Source: Eledone cirrhosa
Taxonomy: Eukaryota
Direction of reading: 5' to 3'
Length of the DNA stretch: 64,000 bases
Assembly (NCBI GenBank): GCA_964016885.1
Contig: OZ024742.1
Coordinates: 223,324,001 to 223,388,000 of the forward strand
In this document: positions 54,651-64,000 of the stretch, in pieces
Layout: each line of letters begins with the position of its first letter
Numbering within the stretch: position 1 is the stretch's first letter
Made by a program: the position numbers and the translations under genes
Notes under the pieces: generated by a model
Databases searched by the model: none
Told to the model about the DNA's origin: nothing
Seen by the model: the letters and a program-made list of their open reading frames with translations, nothing else

Positions 54651-55110
54651 TCAGGATCAGGAAAGATGTTACCTATGATTTTCAGTTAATATAGAAAATA
54701 TCCAACAATTTGAAGGGATTTAGTAATATAACTAACTTTCTTATTAAGTTGGAGATTTTGAACATAACAAAGCCTCTTACATAAAATTATGATGGAAGGT
54801 TAGATAAATACGAACACTATAAAATAAAGTGTTGTATCACAGAACCAATTTCTGTTTCAAGCAGCACTACCGTTGCTATTAAAGCTAACTAGGTAGCCAC
54901 CTAAGGTGCATAACTCAGAGAGGCACTTTACTGGCACTTTACATAAAAGGATCACAGTTTTATACAAATATGTATAATTAAATTAAATATATAATAATTT
55001 GGTATGAAAAGGGTTAATAATGAAAAAGTTTTGTTATAAAACTAAATGCCCACCTAATTATTAAAAGCAAAATTGAAAATTATCTTTCATTAGAAATATG
55101 GTAACAAAAT

Positions 55111-56034
55111 CAGACTCAGACTCAGAAGCTCCCGCGTCTTGCGACGCATGAGGCAATCATAGTGTTCCATCGCGTTCGGTCAGCAGCCAATTGCACAACA
55201 TCCCGCCATTGTCTGTTTGTCGCTCGCAGGTCCCTCTCAACTGTCTGGCGCCAGTTCATTTTGGGTCGCCCTCTCCATCTGCTTCCCTGCGGGCTCCATT
55301 TAAATACTTGGTTCGCCAGTCTCTCTGGTGGAAGTCTCAAAGCGTGTCCAAACCAGCCCAGGCGTCGCTTGCAGATGGTAGAAGAGACTAGCTGCTGGTT
55401 GGCGCGGTTCCTGACTTCTTGGTTTGTTACATGGTCACTCCATTTAATCCCCAGGATCTTTCGCAGACATCTGGAATCGAATGCGTCCAATTTCTTCTCT
55501 TGGCTGGTCTTAAGGTGCCATGTTTCACTTCCGTACAAGAGTGTGGACAGCACGTTGCTGTTGTAGAATCTCATCTTTGTTTTGAGGGTGAACTTCCTGC
55601 TCTTCCAGATCTTGTCAAGCTGGTTAAATGCTGCTGAAGCCTTTCCCATTCTACATTGCAATTCACTGTCCATGGTGCCCACATTGTTAATGGAGCTTCC
55701 TAGGTAGGAGGTGATGTTGTCCACTATCTCCACCTCCCCTTGTTCAATGAAGACACTGGTTGGTGGTGGGTGTGTCCCAGATAACATGCTTTTGGTCTTC
55801 TTGGCACTGATATTGAGACCTAAGCTTCCTGCTTCGACATTGATATTGTTCACAATGATTTGCAGGTCAGCTGTGCTCTCTGCAAGTGCAGCAATATCAT
55901 CCGTAAAGTCCAGGTCTGACAACTTTTGCTCTCCCACCCATGATATACCCTGGTCTTTAGACACTCTTCTTAGTACCCAGTCAATGGCTATGGCAAAGAG
56001 AATTAGAGAGAGCGAGCAACCTTGACGCACGCCA
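55111..56034 (-). mobile_element. 5'-truncated RTE-clade LINE (second family), open frame, with 10-bp TSD
   Basis: GVRQGCSLS, DLDFTDD, LLYGSETW, RGRPK; (agtctg)n tail; TSD gtaacaaaat at 55101-55110 and 56035-56044. Confidence 0.92.
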
Positions 56035-56489
56035 GTAACAAAATGGTTAAAGAAAAAATGTTTCTTTTTTAATATGTCTTTCCTTGTTGACTTGGGTTGG
56101 GTGAAATTTCTTTTAGATATTCTAGATGACAGGATGTCCTTCCTGATGCCAACCCATACTTTAACCTTTTTATTAATTATATTTAAAATGAAACACACTC
56201 TATTTCAATTAATTCATGAAGATTTTAGAGGGATTTACTAAAATTATAAATTATTTCATTAAGTTAAAGGATTTTTTTATATAAAATTATTTTGGAAGAT
56301 TTTAATTTAAATAAGAACCCTATAAAATGCCTGGCTTTGTTTCATAGAATCAGAGACAGTCAAAAAGGCAATTATTAAAAAAATATGGTATATATTTCTG
56401 GCATTCATTGAACCACTAAGCTACAGGACATATTGTTTATGAAAGACATAATCAAATGTCACCACTTGCTTTATATATATATATATATA

Positions 56490-56865
56490 TCATCCTCATC
56501 ATCAGCGTTTTACATCCGTTCTTCCACGCTAGCATGGGTTAGACGGGTTGTCCTGTTGTGGGCAGTGTTCGGTCGGCTGACCATACCTTGCTCACATGGG
56601 TTGATTTCTACAGCTGGATGCCTTTCCTAACACCAACCTCATTTACAGTGAGTGCTGGTTCCTTTTTTCCATGGCAACTCCATGACCACTTTGCAGTGGG
56701 AGGGTGTGGGGGCATATTGTCTATATGCTTCAGCGTGTACCCATGGGGGGGGGGGGTCAGGTCTTCTGAATTACTGCGTGACGCCAGAGGTCATGGTCGT
56801 GTGTCATCGCCTTTGAGAGGTGTAATTGGGTAAAGTCGGTTTTTATCACCTCATCCCAGGTCTTA
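56490..56865 (-). mobile_element. RTE LINE 3' end copy
   Basis: Similar to 44880-45305. Confidence 0.85.
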
Positions 56866-57760
56866 TATATATATATATATATAATGAACTTCCTGGTGTT
56901 AAACTGGGAGATGGATTAAGTCTACCACCCAGGTAGGTCTCAGCAGGATTTGAACTCAGAATGCAAACATCCAAATGCAGCAAACCATCTCATCCAACAT
57001 GCTAACAAATTCAACAATCCACTGCCTCGAGAATATAAAAGACATTAGAACTCAAACCAAATACCACAAGACAAGTTTGTCTGACACTTTAACTCTTTTG
57101 ATACCAACCCACCTGAAACTGCCCCTAGTTCTATGACATAGATTTCCTATTTTAAAGCATTCATATTTAAATTAAAACATTTCAACATAAATTTATGTAA
57201 GTCCATTTTGTTGAGTTGTGTTTAAAAGCAAGTAATTTTACTAAATTTTTAAGCATTTAAAAAAGTAATACACTTAGACAGGAATTTTGATTACAAATAT
57301 AGGCATAAAAAGGTTTAAAATCCCACTAATCTATAATTCTGGATTGATACAAGGCATGTCTACATCAGTGGGATTTGAAACAATAAATACCACAAGGTAT
57401 TTAGTCTAGTACTCTAGTAGTCTATTTACCTTAGTGGGATTTGAAACAGAACAAATACCACAAGGTATTTAGTCCAATACTCTAACAAGTCCACCAATCC
57501 ACTGCCCTGGATTGGTTTTTTATTTTAGCCCGAGGTCTACCACAGGAAGCTAAACATTCTCCACACAAATAAATATGGAATACTCAGCCATTTTAACTGT
57601 ATTGATGATGTTTGTGGTTTCCTCCCCCACCCCTTCTTTGTATTTTTTATCCCTATCTTCCTGTTTGTAAATATATACAATTGAATATGAAATTCTGATA
57701 CACACCCTACCCCACACGCCCTACTCCATCCTTTCACTTCCACCCACACACCCTTTCTTT

Positions 57761-59621
57761 GTAAAGTTATGTTGGTACTACAGAACATCCAGTCCACACT
57801 GTAAAGTGGTTGTATAGATGTCACAACAAAAAGCACCCAGTCCACACTGTAAAGTGGTTGTATAGATGTCACAACAAAAAGCACCCAGTCCACACTGTAA
57901 AGCGGTTGTATAGATGTCACAACAAAAAGCACCCAGTCCACACTGTAAAGCGGTTGTATAGATGTCACAACAAAAAGCACCCAGTCCACACTGTAAAGCG
58001 GTTGTATAGATGTCACAACAAAGTATAGATGTCACAATAAAAAGCACCCAGTCCACACTGTAAAGTGGTTGTATAGATGTCACAACAAAAAGCACCCAGT
58101 CCACACTGTAAAGCGGTTGTATAGATGTCACAACAAAGTATAGATGTCACAATAAAAAGCACCCAGTCCACACTGTAAAGTGGTTGTATAGATGTCACAA
58201 CAAAAAGCACCCAGTCCACACTGTAAAGTGGTTGTATAGATGTCACAACAAAAAGCACCCAGTCCACACTGTAAAGCGGTTGTATAGATGTCACAACAAA
58301 AAGCACCCAGTCCACACTGTAAAGCGGTTGTATAGATGTCACAACAAAGTATAGATGTCACAACAAAAAGCACCCAGTCCACACTGTAAAGCGGTTGTAT
58401 AGATGTCACAACAAAGTATAGATGTCACAACAAAAAGCACCCAGTCCACACTGTAAAGTGGTTGTATAGATGTCACAACAAAAAGCACCCAGTCCACACT
58501 GTAAAGTGGTTGTATAGATGTCACAACAAAAAGCACCCAGTCCACACTGTAGAGTGGTTGTATAGATGTCACAATAAAGTATAGATGTCACAACAAAAAG
58601 CACCCAGTCCACACTGTAAAGTGGTTGTATAGATGTCACAACAAAAAGCACCCAGTCCACACTATAAATTGGTTGTATAGATGTCACAACAAAAAGCACC
58701 CAGTCCACACTGTAAAGTGGTTGTATAGATGTCACAACAAAGTATAGATGTCACAACAAAAAGCACCCAGTCCACACTGTAAAGTGGTTGTATAGATGTC
58801 ACAACAAAAAGCACCCAGTCCACACTATAAATTGGTTGTATAGATGTCACAACAAAAAGCACCCAGTCCACACTGTAAATTGGTTGTATAGATGTCACAA
58901 CAAAAAGCACCCAGTCCACACTGTAAAGTGGTTGTATAGATGTCACAACAAAAAGCACCCAGTCCACATTGTAAAGTGGTTGTATAGATGTCACAATAAA
59001 GTATAGATGTTGTAGCAGTTGCCTCCCTTGTTGTGACTCACAACCCCAATAGATTAACAACATCTAGACGGGAAGTAGAACCCTTTCTGTAACTTCCGGT
59101 CAGAACCCTATAAAACTAACAACTTTAAGTTCTCACTCTCTCATTTGCCCTTCCGGCGCCTGGCCTTCGCCAGGCATCTTCTGCCAGCCTGCGTTTGCCT
59201 GGCAATCAAAACGGTAACTACTAACTTTGCTTCATTCTTTCATCTATTTCATTGACATGTCAACTATACTGTTAAATTGTTGATTAAATATTATACACAC
59301 AAACCATGTCTCCTTGTTACATTCATACAACCCAGTATCCCACTATATTGGTAACACCGACGTGATACGAACACGCAGCCGTTCATTGTTATAAGTGGTC
59401 ACCCCGAAAAAAGAAAAAAATAGCAGAATCTGGTGTTGTGTGAGTAACATTACGAATACACAGCAAATTTATTGACAAACTATGAAAATACTCAGTCAAA
59501 GAAACGCATACACGCACATGTGAAATTCGCGTTCAGACAGACATTTTCTCTCACGCATCAACTAACTGTCGCATTTCACGATATATATATATGTTTCTCG
59601 TTTCCTACAACGAACACTTTC

Positions 59622-59654
<33 letters not shown>

Positions 59655-61672
59655 TTTTTTTTTTTTAAACATTTCAACAGGAACATTTATTTTCGATGAA
59701 CCATTGCCTTTTTTTTTTTCATCGTTTTCTTCATCGTTCAAGTTTTTTTTCAAAGTTCACACCAATAATTATGCTGAGTGAAGCCTTTCTTTTTCATCAT
59801 TGTCACTTTCACACTTGCACTATCATTTTCTTGCGCGTTAGAAATATTATTTTTTCAACCTAACTTAACCTTGTATTGGCACGTGTAGGCAGCACAAATT
59901 CTCAATTCACGGAGATATCTCGACTCACAGAGATAGCCGCACGCCAGAGATAACGTTTCTCGCCAAGGATTCTTCAGCCTTAAGCTATATTCTCCTATTT
60001 GCCGGTTTAAAAATTTACCACGTAAATTTGCCGTTAAAAACTGCGCATTTATTCAGAATGCTTATTTCTTTGGCCGCTGGCCTCTTGACCCTTCCAGGTC
60101 AACGCATTCTCAATATCGACCATCAACTTTGGCTGTTATTTCTAACACTTTGCGCAACTCATTTTTTCCGAAAAACATTTTTTTACTGTGAATTTAAACA
60201 CCGAATACGCTCACTCCGCGAGACAACAACATCAACAGCAACACAGCTTCATCAACAACCAAAACCAGCAGAACAAGCCAGAGAATTTATTTTTGCAGCA
60301 CTGTGAGAAAATCCATTCGGAGGTTGGAAATTTCACGATATACCACAGAACAGAAACCACCTGCATTCATTCTCTGGAACACACTTTCTTTCCTGCTGTC
60401 ATGTGATTGCACACCTGTGAACTATATTTTGTACATTTGAACTTTGAGCTCTTCTCTTACTTTATTACATTGTATCTTTGGGTGATGGATAGATAGATGT
60501 CCAGTCGTTCTCTGGCCAAGAGCGGTTGGCTACCTTGACATCTATCATTGATTTTTGCAAACATTCTTTTGTTGTAATTTTCTCGCCAACTTGCTACATA
60601 TTTCATTCGATTTTTATATTCTAAAATTCTGGCGGGAGGTTATGTAGCAGTTGCCTCCCTTGTTGTGACTCACAACCCCAATAGATTAACAACATCTAGA
60701 CGGGAAGTAGAACCCTTTCTGTAACTTCTGGTCAGAACCCTATAAAACTAACAACTTTAAGTTCTCACTCTCTCATTTGCCCTTCCGGCGCCTGGCCTTC
60801 GCCAGGCGTCTTCTGCCAGCCTGCGTTTGCCTGGCAATCAAAACGGTAACTACTAACTTTGCTTCATTCTTTCATCTATTTCATTGACATGTCAACTATA
60901 CTGTTAAATTGTTGATTAAATATTATACACACAAACCATGTCTCCTTGTTACATTCATACAACCCAGTATCCCACTATAATGTCACAACAAAAAGCACCC
61001 AGTCCACACTGTAAAGTGGTTGCATAGATGTCAACAAAAAGCACCCAGTCCACACTATAAATTGGTTGTATAGATGTCACAACAAAAAGCACCCAGTCCA
61101 AACTGTAAAGTGGTTGTATAGATGTCACAACAAAAAGCACCCAGTCCACACTGTAAAGTGGTTGTATAGATGTCACAACAAAGTATAGATGTCACAACAA
61201 AAAGCACCCAGTCCACACTATAAATTGGTTGTATAGATGTCACAACAAAAAGCACCCAGTCCAAACTGTAAAGTGGTTGTATAGATGTCACAACAAAAAG
61301 CACCCAGTCCACACTGTAAAGTCGTTGTATAGATGTCACAACAAAAAGCACCCAGTCCACACTGTAGAGTGGTTGTATAGATGTCACAACAAAAAGCACC
61401 CAGTCCACACTGTAAAGTGGTTGTATAGATGTCACAACAAAAAAGCACCCAGTCCACACAGTAAAGTGGTCGTGTATGAGACACGGTAAAAAGGGTCCCT
61501 CCTGTCCACACTGTAAATGTGGTTGGTGTTAGGAAGGGCATTGAGCCGTAGAAAACCTGCCAGATACAGTTCTATATGAGCAAGACACGGTCACCCAACC
61601 AATCTTGCCTCAAGTGGGACAAACCTATCTAACCCATGCTAACGTGGAAGATGGACATTAAACGATGATGAT
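57761..61672 (+). repeat. RTE-tail element with an internal 48-bp minisatellite expansion, interrupted by an LTR element
   Basis: Unit tgtcacaacaaaaagcacccagtccacactgtaaagtggttgtataga, interspersed 19-bp short units; element tail at 61480-61672. Confidence 0.95.
59011..60979 (+). mobile_element. Young non-autonomous Gypsy-type LTR retroelement (1969 bp)
   Basis: 337-bp LTRs 59011-59347 and 60643-60979 (2 differences seen); TSD ATGT; PBS tggtaacaccgacgtgat resembling tRNA-Trp complement; PPT ggcgggagg; no gag/pol recognised. Confidence 0.92.
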
Positions 61673-61965
61673 GTTATTTATTAAAGTGTTTAACAAGAAT
61701 GTGTGTGTGTGGTTTGGTACTGTAGTCATGTGGTATAATGTGATGGGGGGGGGGGGGGTATGGAAGGGTAGAAGCCAGGTGATGGCAAGGCATGGTGGTG
61801 GTGGTACTGTTTGGGTTATTGTTGATGGTGGCGATGTAGTTGGCGGTGGTGTTGGTCAAGGCTAGGTAGTGATAGTGGTGGTGGTGGTGTTGTATCTGTT
61901 ATTAAAGTGATATTTCCTCTGACTACTACTAATAATAATCTCTCTCTCTGTATGTGCATGTATTT

Positions 61966-61971
<6 letters not shown>

Positions 61972-62042
<71 letters not shown>
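61972..62042. repeat. (GA)n microsatellite (one of many TA/CA/GA tracts, e.g. 42790-42837, 51664-51728, 62968-63025)
   Basis: Direct observation. Confidence 0.95.
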
Positions 62043-62046
<4 letters not shown>

Positions 62047-62258
62047 TGACTTTGAAGGTGTCATCTTCGCTAGATATGTCAGTGAATAGCCTTCAGCATG
62101 GCTGGAGGGATGAAGGTAGAAGGATAATCAATAGGGTGAGGTAAGGGGATTCTTAGTGAAGGTATAAGAGTGATGTACTTTCCTTCTACTGTCTGATTTA
62201 GGGGGGAAAGAAAATGAAAAAAAAGGGGGTGAAAAAAAATGGAGAGGCGGAGAGGAGA

Positions 62259-62289
<31 letters not shown>

Positions 62290-62567
62290 GAGTAGATGCA
62301 GAAAGGAGAAGAAGGAGAGACAAGTGAGAAGACTAAGTGGAGAAAAATATATATATACATCATCATCATCATCATCATCATTTTAACAGCCACTTTATTG
62401 GTTTGAGTTGGATGTGATGGTTTGAGACAATGTTTTGTAGCTGGATGCCCTTCTTGTTGCCAACCATTTTGGTTACCTCTTACAACATGCAAGGATGCAG
62501 CAAACCTATTCTAAAAACCAAGATACATACAGCAGAGTGAATGGTTTCCCCCTCTCTCTCTCTCTCC

Positions 62568-62616
<49 letters not shown>

Positions 62617-62965
62617 TTATTTATTTCATTGAGATGTGGCTTTTACAGTACAAATTCAGTTTCTTTCAGAGATGAAATCATCAGAATGCTTTTTCTGTTG
62701 AATTTCATCACTGAATGTTGTAAGAGAAATACAATGAGAGAGAAACTGTGTGTGAAAGACAGATAGCTATCACCATAGTAACTAACTACACAGCAAGTGA
62801 CACTTTCCTGCCAATACTACAAACTTTTTACCAACCATTGTTGCCAGCTTACATGTTCATTACTTGAGACAAGGGTCATAAACCAAGACCTTTTATGTTC
62901 AGAAAAATTGTTCCTGAACTGAATTGTTCATGATGAGAGACATTCATGAACTGAGGTTCCACCGA

Positions 62966-63023
<58 letters not shown>

Positions 63024-63184
63024 ATATGTATGTGTATGTATGTGTGTTGTGTATCCCGGGTTCAATCGGGAGTAACCACAGTAAGTAAGGTACTCAAGAC
63101 ATAGTAGAGTATATACAATATTTAATATAGAAATGACTTCTACAGGACTAGAACTGTTTCATTCGAAGGAAATCATCAGGAAAG

Positions 63185-63222
<38 letters not shown>

Positions 63223-63227
<5 letters not shown>

Positions 63228-64000
63228 GTGGCTGGAGCAGGCCTGTAGGCAGGAGGAGAGTAACATGGTGGTGGAACAGTAAGGTGGAGGGGTCAATTAA
63301 GGCCAAAAAGCAGGCTTGGAAAGTATGGCGGGATGGGGGAAGCAGAGAAGACTATCAAGTGGCCAGGAGGGAAGCTAGGAGACAAGTGTACTTCGCAAGA
63401 AGGGAAGCAGAGGAAGTTCAAGCATGTTCTACAACGCGAGGACCAAAAACGTGAGGTGTTCAGGATTGCTAGGCAATGTGTCAAGGAAAACCGTGATATT
63501 GTCGGGGAGAAGTGTGTACTTAATGATGACGGCGTACTTGCCATCACTGACGCTGATAAGAAGGTAGCTTGGAAGTGTCACTATGAAAGGCTACTAAATG
63601 AGGAGAATAAATGGGAGAAAGACAGTCTCCCCCACATCGACCCAATAGAGGGACCAGCAGTGTTAGTCGAGGGTAGTATAATAAGTAAGGCAATCAAAGA
63701 TATGAAGACGGGTAAGGCGGCTGGGCCTTCGGAAATAGTTGCCGAGATGCTGAAGGCATCTGGTACGGTGGGACACACCATGGTCACCCGGATAGTTAAC
63801 CAAGTCGTACAGAATGGGGTTGTTCCGAAGGACTGGCGTAGTAGCATCATCGTTAACTGTTATAAGGGGAAAGGAGATGCCCTAGATAGGAGTAACTATA
63901 GAGGCATTAAATTAATCGACCAGGTCATGAAGGTCACGGAAAAAGTAATAGCGCAACTAATCCGAGAGAGAATTGATCTAGATGAAATGCAGTTCGGGTT
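63223..64000 (+). mobile_element. RTE-clade LINE, runs off the right edge
   Basis: AIKDMKTGKAAGPSEIVAEML...NYRGIKLIDQVMK...QFG; same family as 44868-47135, opposite orientation. Confidence 0.92.

Noticed and set aside
55122-56198. 358-aa ORF as a complete gene
   Set aside because: The N-terminal 50 or so residues lie outside the TSD-defined element; it is a truncated LINE read in from flanking DNA.
59472-60406. ORFs in the LTR element interior as gag/pol
   Set aside because: Short, no zinc knuckle, protease, RT or integrase motifs recognised.
57780-61470. CRISPR-like array, or repeat proteins (TSIQPLYSVDWVLFVV, YRCHNKKHPVHTVK)
   Set aside because: No spacers; the ORFs arise because the 48-bp unit is a multiple of 3 and they break at each 19-bp unit.
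63140-63190. Minus-strand CTGATGA...GAAA motif
   Set aside because: Could not identify a closing stem I or III.

Overview
AT-rich, repeat-dense animal genomic DNA; the SINE/RTE/Penelope repertoire suggests an octopus-like cephalopod (inference). The only host gene I can support is a TTC28 orthologue (TPR array plus CHAT domain) on the minus strand. I traced 13 internal coding exons by hand between 4965 and 25403, all with GT-AG boundaries and matching phases (5341 nt, about 1780 codons). The first and last exons appear to lie outside the window, so 25404-64000 is probably one large intron. The introns hold RTE, CR1 and R4/Dong-like LINE fragments, two Penelope-like GIY-YIG elements, SINE clusters, MITEs, a solo LTR and a young non-autonomous LTR element. 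Main oddities: (1) a 43-bp satellite of about 97 or more copies built from the TTC28 exon/intron junction itself, giving a tandem array of splice donors; (2) several hammerhead-ribozyme-like motifs in the large intron, including a 350-bp palindrome with one in each arm; (3) a 48-bp minisatellite expanded from an RTE 3' UTR subrepeat, with an unexpanded sibling in the same window; (4) LTR insertions inside both of these tandem arrays. There is no CRISPR array or prokaryotic system. All family and homology calls are from recalled motifs, not searches.
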